This document shows positions 48,093 to 58,529 of a stretch of 64,000 nucleotides of DNA, one piece after another; the stretch's first letter is position 1, and each line of letters opens with the position of its first letter. The translations under genes were made by a program, and so were the position numbers. Below the pieces are notes generated by a model. That model searched no databases and was not told the DNA's origin. It was given only the letters and a program-made list of their open reading frames with translations. This DNA comes from Candidatus Thorarchaeota archaeon (lineage in GTDB: Archaea; Asgardarchaeota; Thorarchaeia; Thorarchaeales; Thorarchaeaceae). The stretch covers positions 69,693 to 133,692 of the forward strand of contig JBHLRZ010000001.1 in the NCBI GenBank assembly GCA_048882045.1. The letters are read 5' to 3'.

Positions 48093-49376
48093 GTGTCATC
48101 TATCAATCACATGAAACCTGACATTCTCCTCACCAATATTGGACAGATTGCTACTCTGGAAGGCTATAGTGAGAAACCGAAAACAGGAGAAGAAATGAAT
48201 GAGGTTTCAATCATTGAAAATGGCGCCATAGCCATAAAGGATGGGAAGATAGTTGCGGTTGGAACCACGAAAGAAGTCCTCTCTGAGGTTTCAGAGGACC
48301 CCGATCTGCCAAGTATCGAGTTTCCCGAGATGCTTGCAGTTCCTGGATTCATTGACAGTCACACGCATTTGGTCTTTGGTGGTTCAAGAGAGAACGACTT
48401 TGCAATGAAACTGGCTGGGAAGACCTATCTGGAGATACTGGAGGCAGGCGGAGGAATCCTGAATACATTAAGATCGACTCGAGCAGCAAGTCTTGAGGAC
48501 TTGGTGAGTAATGGCTTTTCATATGCTGAGGGCATGCTGAGTATTGGAACTACTACACTAGAGGCAAAGAGTGGATATGGTTTAGATACAGAGAATGAGC
48601 TGAAGATGCTCAAGTCGGTTGAGAATCTTCGTGAGATGCTTCCAACCAATTTTGTATCAACATTCATGGGGGCACATGCAGTTCCTCCAGAGTACACAGG
48701 CAAGACCGAAGACTATGTAGATATCGTCATTAACGAAATGATTCCAGCAGTAGGAGAACAAGGATTTGCAGAGTACTGTGATGTGTTTTGTGAGAAGGGT
48801 GTCTTTGATATTGAACAGTCTCGTAGAGTCCTTCTTGCAGCAAAGAAGCACGGAATGAAACTCAAGGTCCATGCAGATGAGATTGTTCAACTGGGAGGAG
48901 CAAGTCTAGCAGCAGAGGTTGGTGCAGTGTCGGCGGATCATCTGCTTATGGCTTCTAATGAGGGTTTGGAGGACTTGCTCAAAGCAGGAACCATTGCAAC
49001 ATTGTTACCAGCAACAGCATTTAGTCTGGATACTGCATATGCAGACGCACGAATGATGATTGACTTGGGACTTCCATTGGCTTTGGCTACAGATTTCAAT
49101 CCAAACTGTGCAAATGAATCTCTATTCTTCACGATAGCACTGGCCTGTTACAAGATGAAGATGAAACCCAAAGAAGCACTGTCAGCAGTTACAATCAACG
49201 CTGCCCACGCACTTGACCGAGGACATACGCATGGCAGCATAGAGGTTGGTAAGAACGCCAACATCTTGGTCTTGGACTGTCCTAATCCAGAGTATCTAAC
49301 TTGGAGGTTTGGAGTTAATCTAGTACATACCGTGATTGTTAATGGCCAGGTTGTTCACACAAAGCTTGGACCCTGA
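48093..49376 (+). CDS. hutI: Imidazolonepropionase
   Basis: GFIDSHTHLVFGGSR amidohydrolase motif, 427 aa, hut gene neighbourhood. Confidence 0.85.
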   Translation: MSSINHMKPDILLTNIGQIATLEGYSEKPKTGEEMNEVSIIENGAIAIKDGKIVAVGTTKEVLSEVSEDPDLPSIEFPEMLAVPGFIDSHTHLVFGGSRENDFAMKLAGKTYLEILEAGGGILNTLRSTRAASLEDLVSNGFSYAEGMLSIGTTTLEAKSGYGLDTENELKMLKSVENLREMLPTNFVSTFMGAHAVPPEYTGKTEDYVDIVINEMIPAVGEQGFAEYCDVFCEKGVFDIEQSRRVLLAAKKHGMKLKVHADEIVQLGGASLAAEVGAVSADHLLMASNEGLEDLLKAGTIATLLPATAFSLDTAYADARMMIDLGLPLALATDFNPNCANESLFFTIALACYKMKMKPKEALSAVTINAAHALDRGHTHGSIEVGKNANILVLDCPNPEYLTWRFGVNLVHTVIVNGQVVHTKLGP

Positions 49377-49378
49377 TT

Positions 49379-50923
49379 CTAGACATCCAACAATGGACCA
49401 GTTATTTTCTCAGCAGAAGCTATCAACTTTCCTTGATTAATGAGAGCTCGAATCTTGTTGATATCAGGAGCCAGTGCTCGATCATCCTCAAGCATACTTA
49501 CTTCCTTTCGGAGGGCTGTTTTTGCTGCTTCAATTGGTTCTGATGCCTTCAGTGGGGCGAGAAGGTCAATCCCTTGGGCTGCACACATGTATTCAATGGC
49601 AATCACATTCCTGATATTTCCAAGAATGTTTGATGCTTTGCGTGCAGCGATTGTTCCCATGCTCACGTGGTCCTCTTGGTCTGCGCTAGTAGGGATAGAG
49701 TCAACACTTGCAGGATGAGCGAGTCCCTTGTTCTCTGAAACCAGTGCGGCTGCTGTGTACTGAGCAATCATCATTCCTGACTCAAGACCGCCCTCAGTGG
49801 TTAGAAATGCAGGAAGTCCGCTCAGGTGAGGATTCACGAGACGGTTTATTCTTCTCTCGGAGATGTTTGCAAGCTCAGCCAGAGCAATGCTCAAGAAATC
49901 CATTGCTAGTGCGATGGGTTGGCCATGAAAATTGCCACCTGAAACAACAGTGTTGTCATCAGAGAATACGAGTGGGTTGTCTGTTGCTGAATTGAGCTCG
50001 GTTTCGATGACACTCTGCACATATCTGATGGTGTCAAGTGTTGCTCCAATCACCTGGGGAATACAGCGTAGTGAATAAGCATCTTGAACTACACCACAGT
50101 CTGCATGGGACTTATTGATCTCACTGTCGGGAAGAAGAACCCTCATTGCCACTGCTACATCAGTCTGACCTTCGTGTGGACGAATTGTATGGATTCTCTC
50201 ATCAAAAGCAACACGAGTCCCACGTAACGCCTCCAGACTCATAGCTGCAGCGATCATTGCATCCTTCACAGTGTCGAACGCATCATAGACAGTGATAGCG
50301 CCAACTGAAGCCATGGGCTGGGTGCCATTGATGAGTGCCACACCTTCTTTGGCTTGAAGTTCTAGAGATCTGATTCCTGCTTTCTTCAGAGCTTTAGCCC
50401 CATCCATACGGTCTCCTTTGTAGACTGCTTCGCCCTCTCCAATCATAACGAGGGCCATATGAGCCAGAGGCGCCAGGTCACCACTAGATCCCACAGATCC
50501 CTGTTGTGGTACTACAGGTGTCACGTCCTTATTCAGCAGCTCAATCAGAGTAGAGATTACCTCTAGCCTGACACCAGAGTATCCTTTCGCAAGAGCATTT
50601 GCACGAAGGAGCATCATACCCCGGACTACTTCAACTGGAAAGGGATCTCCAACGCCAACACTGTGACTGCGTATCAGATTCACCTGAAGCTTTGCAAGGT
50701 CTACTGAACTGATACACACATCTGAGAGGTCTCCAAACCCAGTGTTGATTCCATAGACTACTTTTCCCTCTTTTATTGCGGCCTCAACTACCGCTCGACT
50801 GCTCTTGATTCGAGGGATTGTTGATTCATGCAAAAGAACTGGCTCATTGTATCGGGCAACCTGCACAACATCTTCTAGAGTGAGACTCTCACCATCAACC
50901 ATGACGGGCATTTTATCCACCAA
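49379..50923 (-). CDS. hutH: Histidine ammonia-lyase
   Basis: MIO-forming GSVGSSGDLAPLAHM motif, 514 aa. Confidence 0.9.
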   Translation of the reverse strand: MVDKMPVMVDGESLTLEDVVQVARYNEPVLLHESTIPRIKSSRAVVEAAIKEGKVVYGINTGFGDLSDVCISSVDLAKLQVNLIRSHSVGVGDPFPVEVVRGMMLLRANALAKGYSGVRLEVISTLIELLNKDVTPVVPQQGSVGSSGDLAPLAHMALVMIGEGEAVYKGDRMDGAKALKKAGIRSLELQAKEGVALINGTQPMASVGAITVYDAFDTVKDAMIAAAMSLEALRGTRVAFDERIHTIRPHEGQTDVAVAMRVLLPDSEINKSHADCGVVQDAYSLRCIPQVIGATLDTIRYVQSVIETELNSATDNPLVFSDDNTVVSGGNFHGQPIALAMDFLSIALAELANISERRINRLVNPHLSGLPAFLTTEGGLESGMMIAQYTAAALVSENKGLAHPASVDSIPTSADQEDHVSMGTIAARKASNILGNIRNVIAIEYMCAAQGIDLLAPLKASEPIEAAKTALRKEVSMLEDDRALAPDINKIRALINQGKLIASAEKITGPLLDV

Positions 50924-51021
50924 GGTCTAACATATACAGCAACTAGTGTGTACTAGTTACCGTCGAGAGTGATTCATAGAAGCTCGCTTTAGTAGTTATC
51001 GTTGAATTTTGTAAAAATACT

Positions 51022-51528
51022 CTATACTATTCGCTCTTCCCGAGGTCCTAGTTTTAATCCCGTATCAAGCATAAAGCTCTTGTTGCAATTCTGACAGACC
51101 ACTGATCCATCATCTTGAATGTTCTTCTCTGAATAAAGATAGTAAGCGTTACAGAATGGACACCCCGACCCCTTACGACCTGGGTATTTTCGACTAAGTT
51201 CCCAACCATGAAGTCTAGCAAGTTGCTCGATTTTCCTCAGAAATGTCGACTCTGCAGCAGCTTGTGAGCCAAAATCAATTCGAAGGAGACCCTCTCCACC
51301 ACCGCTAGAGAGTACAGTTATTTCACATTCGTTGATTTCTACGTAGTGCTGGACAATGATAGTAATAGTTTGCTCACTCATTGTTCGGAGTGCTAGCTCA
51401 GAACGGATGAAGACAGCATTAATCATTCCTCCGCATTCCCAGACCTTCTCAAGTTTGTCAGAGTAATCTTCACGTAATAATGATAGAAGAGAGTCTATCT
51501 CGATATTTCGAACTACGAGAGTGACCAC
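51022..51528 (-). CDS. Hypothetical protein with C-terminal zinc ribbon, embedded in hut cluster
   Basis: CPFCN...CQNCN, 168 aa. Confidence 0.4.
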   Translation of the reverse strand: MVTLVVRNIEIDSLLSLLREDYSDKLEKVWECGGMINAVFIRSELALRTMSEQTITIIVQHYVEINECEITVLSSGGGEGLLRIDFGSQAAAESTFLRKIEQLARLHGWELSRKYPGRKGSGCPFCNAYYLYSEKNIQDDGSVVCQNCNKSFMLDTGLKLGPREERIV

Positions 51529-51585
51529 TTTATTGTAATCCTCAAATTGAAATTGGATTGAATCAACTTAATCTTTAGCAAAGTA

Positions 51586-53607
51586 TTATGCCTCTTCGAA
51601 TGTCTTCTCAACCAACTGTTCTACTAGGCCTTTCTTTGGAATATGTGGAAGCGAAATTTGGCCTTTGTTTCCAAGTCTTTGATTCCATTCTATGACGGTT
51701 TCAATTGCGTTTTCGTTGCGCGCCCAGGCCCGACGGGCAACTCCTCCCATGACATCCCAGTCCAATGCAGATTGTATGATTGAATCAACTCGATCACTGC
51801 CATCAAGAATCAACCCAAAACCACCATTGATTGCTTTACCAGTGCCAACTCCACCGCCATTTGAGAGGACACAGAGAGTCATGCCCCTTGCAATGTCACC
51901 AGCCCAGGCTTGATGTGCCATATCACTCATCACATTGCTTCCATCACGGATGTTAGCGGTTTCTCTGAAAGGGCTGTCAGTCCCTCCTGTATCATGGTGG
52001 TCTCGACCAAGCATAATCGGACCAACCTTTCCGGTACGCACCATTTCATTGAATTTCAGAGCAATATTCACGCGACCCTTGGCATCAGCGTACAGGATTC
52101 GTGCCTGTGACCCTACAACAAGAGCGTTCTTTTCAGCATCTCGAATCCAGATGTAGTTGTCCCTGTCCTGACCACGTTGATCAGGGTCAATCTGTGACAT
52201 TGCCATCTTGTCCGTTTCAATTAGGTCATCATGCTCTCCACTCAAACAAACCCATCTGAAGGGACCATATCCATAGTCAAAACAGAGAGGGCCCATTATG
52301 TCTTCAACATAGGACGGGAAGATGAAGCCATCAGATGTGTTCTCTCCGTTCTTTGCTATCCTCTTGACACCGGCATCAAAGACAGCCTTCATGAAGCTGT
52401 TTCCGTAGTCCCAGAAGAATGTCCCCTGTTTTGTCATTTTTTCAATGAGTTCAAACTGTTTCCTTAGGGATTTGTCGACTAGGTCATTGAACTGGTCACG
52501 ATCACTCTTCAGGAGTTCTCGGCCTTCCTCGTATGTAATACCCTGAGGTGTGTATCCTCCTCCATAGACATCATGACAGGATGTCTGATCTGAAGCCAGT
52601 TCTATCATGATATCCTTGTCAACAACATACTGCCAGAGGTCTACTACATTGCCGAAGTAACCTATGGAAACAGGTTCTTCTTTCTGACGATAATCCTTGA
52701 CCCATTCGAATATCTCATCAAGGTCAGACGAGTGTTTGCTCAACCAACCCTGCTCAAATCTGGTTTCAATCCGACTCTTGTCGACCTCAGCAATTATACC
52801 AATACCTCCAGCAATCTCAACTGCCTTTGCCTGCGCACCGCTCATCCCACCTAGACCGGAAGTGAGGAACACCTTGCCTCTTAGGTCCTTGTCATCTGGA
52901 GTGCCGAGGTACAACCTTCCTGCATTCAGAAGAGTGATGTATGTCCCATGTACAATTCCTTGAGGACCGATATACATCCAGCCTCCAGCTGTCATCTGAC
53001 CATAGTTTGCGACTCCCATGGCGGCTGCATGATGGAATCCCTCCAATGTGTCAAACATACCAACCATGAGACCGTTTGTTGTGATGGCACGAGGGGCATT
53101 AGGATGAGATGGGAAGAGACCAACAGGATGTCCTGAGCTTACAACAAGGGTCTGTTCATTCGTCATCTGTTCCAGATACTTCTTGATCAACTGATATTGG
53201 AGCCAGGACTGACAGACCTGACCGCTCTCTCCATATGTGACAAGTTCGTAAGGATAGAGGGCTACATCAAAGTCCAGGTTATTGTCAATCATTAGCTGGA
53301 GGGCTCGAGCTTCAAGAATCCCCTTGTATTGGTCCACATGCTTTGCTTTGATTGGCCCCTCCGGACGGTATCGATAGGCGTAGATGCGTCCCCGCGTCAT
53401 GAGTTCGTTCAGGAATTCTGGAGCCAAGGTTTCATGGAGATTCTCTGGCACATATCGCAGGGCATTCTTTACGGCAACTACTGTGTCAGATGGACTCAGG
53501 TTGAATCCTCTATCGGGAGCTCGTCTGTACTGAGGGTCAAAAACAGGCTCGGGAGGTAATTCAGAAGCGAGCTTGATAGTCATAGCCTTAGTAGTATCGA
53601 ATTTCAT
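51586..53607 (-). CDS. hutU: Urocanate hydratase (long form)
   Basis: NAD-binding LTSGLGGMSGAQ, 673 aa (long form comparable to eukaryotic UROC1). Confidence 0.9.
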   Translation of the reverse strand: MKFDTTKAMTIKLASELPPEPVFDPQYRRAPDRGFNLSPSDTVVAVKNALRYVPENLHETLAPEFLNELMTRGRIYAYRYRPEGPIKAKHVDQYKGILEARALQLMIDNNLDFDVALYPYELVTYGESGQVCQSWLQYQLIKKYLEQMTNEQTLVVSSGHPVGLFPSHPNAPRAITTNGLMVGMFDTLEGFHHAAAMGVANYGQMTAGGWMYIGPQGIVHGTYITLLNAGRLYLGTPDDKDLRGKVFLTSGLGGMSGAQAKAVEIAGGIGIIAEVDKSRIETRFEQGWLSKHSSDLDEIFEWVKDYRQKEEPVSIGYFGNVVDLWQYVVDKDIMIELASDQTSCHDVYGGGYTPQGITYEEGRELLKSDRDQFNDLVDKSLRKQFELIEKMTKQGTFFWDYGNSFMKAVFDAGVKRIAKNGENTSDGFIFPSYVEDIMGPLCFDYGYGPFRWVCLSGEHDDLIETDKMAMSQIDPDQRGQDRDNYIWIRDAEKNALVVGSQARILYADAKGRVNIALKFNEMVRTGKVGPIMLGRDHHDTGGTDSPFRETANIRDGSNVMSDMAHQAWAGDIARGMTLCVLSNGGGVGTGKAINGGFGLILDGSDRVDSIIQSALDWDVMGGVARRAWARNENAIETVIEWNQRLGNKGQISLPHIPKKGLVEQLVEKTFEEA

Positions 53608-53683
53608 GGAAACACATCCATTCTTAGTCCATACTCACACACATGCCCTTCATAAAATACTCGCTGAAGAAGACATGCTGCAA

Positions 53684-54055
53684 TCATGATGGAGGAATGA
53701 GTGCATTGAACAAGCTGTCTTGAGGCAACTTCTCTGTCTCGAGAAAAGCCGTCCAGAGGCCATCCCTAGTCATCACACTCAAGGTCATACCTTCTTTGTA
53801 TAATCGTAGGAGATACTCTAGATGCTTGATTAGATCCTGAATGAACTTTGACACATCCTCACCAGACTGTGGATCCTGTCGAGAGGGGAGAGAAACCTCG
53901 ACTTCGATTCTTCGTGGTGCCTCTGGATCCACTATAGCAAGAATTCGAACCCAGTCATTCTCACATAGGATTGACATGCACTCTTCGTCCTCAGATTCTA
54001 GGCCTGAAGCCAATGCTTCTTGCCATCTGGACTTCAATTCAAGAAGAGAAACCAT
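53684..54055 (-). CDS. Hypothetical acidic 123-aa protein
   Basis: ORF only. Confidence 0.3.
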   Translation of the reverse strand: MVSLLELKSRWQEALASGLESEDEECMSILCENDWVRILAIVDPEAPRRIEVEVSLPSRQDPQSGEDVSKFIQDLIKHLEYLLRLYKEGMTLSVMTRDGLWTAFLETEKLPQDSLFNALIPPS

Positions 54056-54357
54056 CAGACCACCATACCATAACGATGAAACACCGCCTTCGCATTCTCA
54101 TGATTGACAGCATAGAGTGTTCTCCGCATGTCATCCAGGTTTGGTATCCTTGCACAAAGATTAGTTTCGACAAGCCGATCTAAGGCAAACGTGACAGTTC
54201 TTAATGGAACATCTGCTTCTTTGCTGATTACACGAGGAGGATGCGGACCCCTTTTTGTCAAAAAAGCAAGGATCTGGAGGGCACTTTTTGGAAGTCTAAT
54301 GGCTGATTGCACATTTTCCACCATGAGGAATTGTACATGATTTGGATATGTATGCAC
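54055..54357 (-). CDS. wHTH transcriptional regulator (paralog A)
   Basis: KSALQILAFL...RTVTFALDRLVETNLCARIPNLDDMRRTLY. Paralogous to the 55636..55980 gene. Confidence 0.6.
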   Translation of the reverse strand: MHTYPNHVQFLMVENVQSAIRLPKSALQILAFLTKRGPHPPRVISKEADVPLRTVTFALDRLVETNLCARIPNLDDMRRTLYAVNHENAKAVFHRYGMVV

Positions 54358-54512
54358 GTTACGTCTCAGATTCGGAAACCTACTTCATCATTTGGTGAAT
54401 CTTGTTGTTTCTGGAATCTCGAGCTTCGGAAAATTACATTAAGAAAAAGCCGAAGACATTGCGTTTTTAACCGTGAGTCATCTCTCTAACCTCAATCGCA
54501 GGTTGAGGACCT

Positions 54513-55634
54513 ATGAGTAGTATTTGGACCAAAGCACGTAAGAACACACCCAAGATAGATTGTGGTCTCTGTGGATTTCCAACCTGCGCAACCTTTGCTC
54601 GTTCCCTTGTAACAAATGAAACAGATCTGTCAAGATGCCCAATCCTCTCACTAGATGCTTTTGGAAACAATCAGAATGAACTGGCTGAACTGCTAGCTGA
54701 CGTTCCAATAACAGCAAAACCGGCCCCTGAGAGACCGGAAGATGGAGTTCTGATGTCAAAACCGTGCATGGATGCACCGGAGCTTCAGATGGCTGAGATG
54801 CGAATCTTCAATGGAGTAGATCCTGGATCCCCCCAGAGATTTGGCGTTTTGGATCCAGTCATCCTTTGTTGGCTTTTAGATTGTGTATCATCTAAATATC
54901 AGGATATGAAATGCAGTGTGGACCTTGCGTATGCATGGGGAGACATGGAAGAAACTAAGATTCACATTCTCAGAGATGGAAAGGTGAGAATGAGACGTGC
55001 AAGGGGAAAAGAGCATGCTTTAGAATCCTTCAGGATAATTGAACGGACAGTTATTGGAGCAACTATATGCAATTGCTGTGGGCATGATCTTTTCTCGGTG
55101 CTTGCAGGACTGGCACCAGCGAAGAAGGCCCATACTATCCTCAAGGCTGGAAGCTCACTAGTGATTGATCCCGGACAGATTAATTGGACCTTGAGTAGTA
55201 ATGCGATTGAAACCGCATTAGAAAAGAAGATGTTTAATCTAATCGAACCAATACATACTAGTCTAACAAATCAACTCGATCTTATGATAACCGGAGATTT
55301 CGATACAGAGAGTAAGTTCGATGCACGACCAGAGATATGCAAATACATCAGCATGATGCTTGAACCAGAGTCTCAAACCTATGTTACCATGTTCTTGAAG
55401 GGGTTAGCGAATGAGTTCTTCATGGATGGAGGACTGCGAGGACTCCGTGAGATTCGATTGCTAGTCCAAGAACAGCCTAAGTACAGTGATTTTGTAGTAG
55501 ATCTATTGAGTAATGTGAGAACGAAGAATATGTCAGGATATGACATTGATTCGCTTGATCAACCTTCGACACTCTTGCTAGCACATGCCTTGAGAGTTTC
55601 CAGAGCACTAGATCTCTACGATAGGTGGAAGTAG
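54513..55634 (+). CDS. Protein with N-terminal putative Fe-S motif (CGxCGxxxC, RnfB/CdhE-type), remainder unknown
   Basis: IDCGLCGFPTCATFARSL in the first 30 aa, 373 aa, no other motif recognised. Confidence 0.5.
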   Translation: MSSIWTKARKNTPKIDCGLCGFPTCATFARSLVTNETDLSRCPILSLDAFGNNQNELAELLADVPITAKPAPERPEDGVLMSKPCMDAPELQMAEMRIFNGVDPGSPQRFGVLDPVILCWLLDCVSSKYQDMKCSVDLAYAWGDMEETKIHILRDGKVRMRRARGKEHALESFRIIERTVIGATICNCCGHDLFSVLAGLAPAKKAHTILKAGSSLVIDPGQINWTLSSNAIETALEKKMFNLIEPIHTSLTNQLDLMITGDFDTESKFDARPEICKYISMMLEPESQTYVTMFLKGLANEFFMDGGLRGLREIRLLVQEQPKYSDFVVDLLSNVRTKNMSGYDIDSLDQPSTLLLAHALRVSRALDLYDRWK

Positions 55635-55635
55635 T

Positions 55636-55980
55636 CTAGGCTAGCTTACGCCAGGTCAATGGAGAAACATGTGATGTGAGTGGAGTGTTCTTGTATTTCT
55701 CCATTAGAAGTTTAGCTTGATCCATATTTACATGATATTTGGGCCGTCTCATATCAAGTAGGTTTGGAATCCGTTTCAGAATCTGGTCCCTCATTAGACT
55801 TCTAAGTGCGAAACTGACGGTACGTGGTGCCATATCCAATTTGTCACTGATCTCTTTAGGACACATGGGACCATCGAGTATCAACGCACTTAGGATTGCG
55901 AAGGTGCTCTTGGGAGTTCTTCCAGGTCGTACAGACACCATATTTACACTCCTTCTTTCTTGATTCTGAGAAGGTTGCAA
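55636..55980 (-). CDS. wHTH transcriptional regulator (paralog B)
   Basis: PKEISDKLDMAPRTVSFALRSLMRDQILKRIPNLLDMRRPKYHV aligns with paralog A. Confidence 0.6.
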   Translation of the reverse strand: MQPSQNQERRSVNMVSVRPGRTPKSTFAILSALILDGPMCPKEISDKLDMAPRTVSFALRSLMRDQILKRIPNLLDMRRPKYHVNMDQAKLLMEKYKNTPLTSHVSPLTWRKLA

Positions 55981-56068
55981 AGGATATCTATTTGCGTGAA
56001 GCTTTTGGGTGTGGTTTTAGCTTGAACAAGAAAGTTCAGAGCTCAAACACGAAACGGCAAGTGCGGTT

Positions 56069-56488
56069 TTGAGACGAACTATCTCTCAAGATATATCAAG
56101 AACTTCATCCATTGAGATTATGGTGTCAGAACTGGCAGGAATTGTCTTCTATAGAACAACAATGCTTGAAACAATCGTTGACTTCTATGTGAACGATGTT
56201 GGGATGCACATCTGGTTGGAACAGGATGATTGTACAATTCTAAGTCATGGAAATCTCCTGCTTGGATTCTGTAATCGTGATACAGTAGAGGTGGACTCTG
56301 TGATCTGTTTCTTTTATCCTACTGAGGATGATGTGGATGCCATGTATGAATTACTCAAAAACATCGCATCAACCGAACCAGCTATCAGTGAGAAATATCA
56401 GATCTACCAGTTCTTCGCAGAAGATCCAGAGGGTCGAGCTTTGGAATTCCAATCTTTCCTTCATCCAGTAGAACCAATCGGCTTTTAG
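56069..56488 (+). CDS. VOC/glyoxalase-bleomycin-resistance family protein
   Basis: Paired beta-alpha-beta-beta-beta modules (IVFYRTTMLETIVDFYVNDVGM ... FFAEDPEGRALEF). The true start may be the internal Met near 56120. Confidence 0.55.
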   Translation: MRRTISQDISRTSSIEIMVSELAGIVFYRTTMLETIVDFYVNDVGMHIWLEQDDCTILSHGNLLLGFCNRDTVEVDSVICFFYPTEDDVDAMYELLKNIASTEPAISEKYQIYQFFAEDPEGRALEFQSFLHPVEPIGF

Positions 56489-56489
56489 C

Positions 56490-57077
56490 TTAGAGTGCAA
56501 CCAGAGTGCTAGTTTCGACAGTCCAACCCAGTTCTTTTGCTGTCTTGAAGGCTTCACATGCCTCATTGTATTTACCAATAATCCAGAGGACTAAACGGAG
56601 TTTGTTCCATAAATTGGGATCTTTCTTGTCCTCTTTGATCTCTTTTCGTATATTCTTGACCAACTTCTTATATTCCTTGATCTCGAGCTTTCTAGATTCT
56701 TGAGCCTTCTTCAAGATTTCATGTATCTGATCACTCAGGATTCCGACAGGATATTTCAAAAACTCATCTGGCCTTTCTTTCATGAATGAATTGATTGCAG
56801 ATTTTGGAGTGTCCTTCGCCCTCCAAAGCTCTCCATTGACCAATTTTTCTTCATATCCGCTCTGCATGAACTCCATCAATTCTTGAAGATTCGATGTGAT
56901 TTCATGATCAGCACCTAGTGTCTTCTGACACCAGTCTAATTCACGATAAACAAGCTCTGAACCAACAACGTATGTAACTCGAGGGGTGGCCTCTATCCGC
57001 TTCAAATCGTTTAGAAGGTCCTTGACAGTGTATTGCTTTCTCTTAGTCAGTTTCGTGGCCACCGTAGCTTCACCCAC
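56490..57077 (-). CDS. Hypothetical helical protein (TPR-like C-terminus)
   Basis: ORF only, Lys/Glu-rich. Confidence 0.35.
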   Translation of the reverse strand: MGEATVATKLTKRKQYTVKDLLNDLKRIEATPRVTYVVGSELVYRELDWCQKTLGADHEITSNLQELMEFMQSGYEEKLVNGELWRAKDTPKSAINSFMKERPDEFLKYPVGILSDQIHEILKKAQESRKLEIKEYKKLVKNIRKEIKEDKKDPNLWNKLRLVLWIIGKYNEACEAFKTAKELGWTVETSTLVAL

Positions 57078-57134
57078 CTGATGTTATGCTACTACTCTTT
57101 TGCCTGATAAATAATATCAGCGTGTAGTTCCAAG

Positions 57135-58490
57135 TTAGTATGAAACGTGCAATTGGACTCTCTGCACGTATTTCTTAATGTCAAACTTTCTCTTGAGCCC
57201 GTTGGCATTCATGTAACGTACCTTTCCGAAAATCTCACGTTCCTTCCAGGCTCTGTCATGCTTTCCAAAACACCATGCTACGCCGGTATAGCCATTCGGG
57301 TCACGACCATCAAGTTCGTACCTGTTGTTTAGAGTTATACATGTGTTATAGGCATCCTCAGGTGACTCACTCCATTCGAGAATCTTCTTGCCCCAATACA
57401 TCCTCATGTATCCGTGCATCTTTCCATAATTCCTCATTTCGTGTTGTGCAGCATTCCAGTATGGATCGTGCGTCTTGGCCTGTTCAAACTCACGAAAAGA
57501 GTAGTTGTATTCTCGAGGGTCTAGAGCATGGATATCGAGGGTTTCTTTTGCCCAATTAGGTAGACAATCGATATTGTCATAGTCATCATTGAAGTAAACA
57601 AAGTTCATACTTAGCTCTCTTCGTACAACAAGCTCTTCGATATAGGATTCTGAACCAAGACTCTGGCTCTTCATAATCTCAAGGGCGATATCCAAGGGAG
57701 AAACTTGGCCAAAGTGCAAGTAAGGACTCATTTTCGAGAGTCTATCATGAGCAGGATCGTTTCGTCGGGTGTCGAAAACGTCCAAATCATTTGCTATGAA
57801 TCTTCTAAGCATACGTCTAGCAGAGCTGGTACCGCCTTGGAGCTGAATCTGTTGGTGCGTTCGATTCTTAAAACGGAGGTCTTTCAAGACTGCTTCTATG
57901 TCAATGAGATCAACATCTCCTTGTTCGAACTCTCCAAATCGGTTCTTCAGGCGTCGCTTTTGTACAGGTATTAGATAGTCGTCGAGGAGTCTGTTAAGTT
58001 TTGGTCTAATAGTACCAGCAGAGTATTGTTCTTTCTGCGAAACTGTTTCAATTGGTACAATAACATTCGATTCAACCTGGTGCAAAGAACATTCAAGAGA
58101 CCCCGCCAATTTCAACCTCCACTTTCTCTGTGGTCTTAGATAATCTCGGTCAACGACTACAATGGAAGCATCTTCACCAAGATCAGAAACAATCTTTGTT
58201 GGAACATCACGATAGATTACAAAGGGGATTCCTCGTTTCTTAAGAGATTCCTTCACTTCCGACAGGCCTTGGAGCATGAATCGATAGTGTGACACATTAG
58301 CTTCTGGATAATTATCAAGAAGGCAAAATACTACAGCAAGTGGTTGATTGAGTTTGTTGGATTGGTCTATTGCATATTCCAGAGCATGATTACATTCTGC
58401 CCTTTGGGAAGCTTGCATCCAATAGAGAACATACTTTCCATTCTGAACTGAATTTGTGTTCAGTTTACTTATTCGATTGTTGTGAATCAA
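57135..58490 (-). CDS. phr: Class II CPD photolyase
   Basis: N-terminal YVLYWMQASQRAECNHAL matches the class II photolyase signature, 451 aa, FAD-binding C-terminal region. Confidence 0.8.
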   Translation of the reverse strand: MIHNNRISKLNTNSVQNGKYVLYWMQASQRAECNHALEYAIDQSNKLNQPLAVVFCLLDNYPEANVSHYRFMLQGLSEVKESLKKRGIPFVIYRDVPTKIVSDLGEDASIVVVDRDYLRPQRKWRLKLAGSLECSLHQVESNVIVPIETVSQKEQYSAGTIRPKLNRLLDDYLIPVQKRRLKNRFGEFEQGDVDLIDIEAVLKDLRFKNRTHQQIQLQGGTSSARRMLRRFIANDLDVFDTRRNDPAHDRLSKMSPYLHFGQVSPLDIALEIMKSQSLGSESYIEELVVRRELSMNFVYFNDDYDNIDCLPNWAKETLDIHALDPREYNYSFREFEQAKTHDPYWNAAQHEMRNYGKMHGYMRMYWGKKILEWSESPEDAYNTCITLNNRYELDGRDPNGYTGVAWCFGKHDRAWKEREIFGKVRYMNANGLKRKFDIKKYVQRVQLHVSY

Positions 58491-58529
58491 CTCATTCTTT
58501 CAGTTGAGTGGTGACTAATGAAGAGTTTG

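Noticed and set aside
51692-53559. Several 60-90 aa plus-strand ORFs inside hutU
   Set aside because: Antisense to a strongly supported 673-aa urocanase. No start context or motifs.
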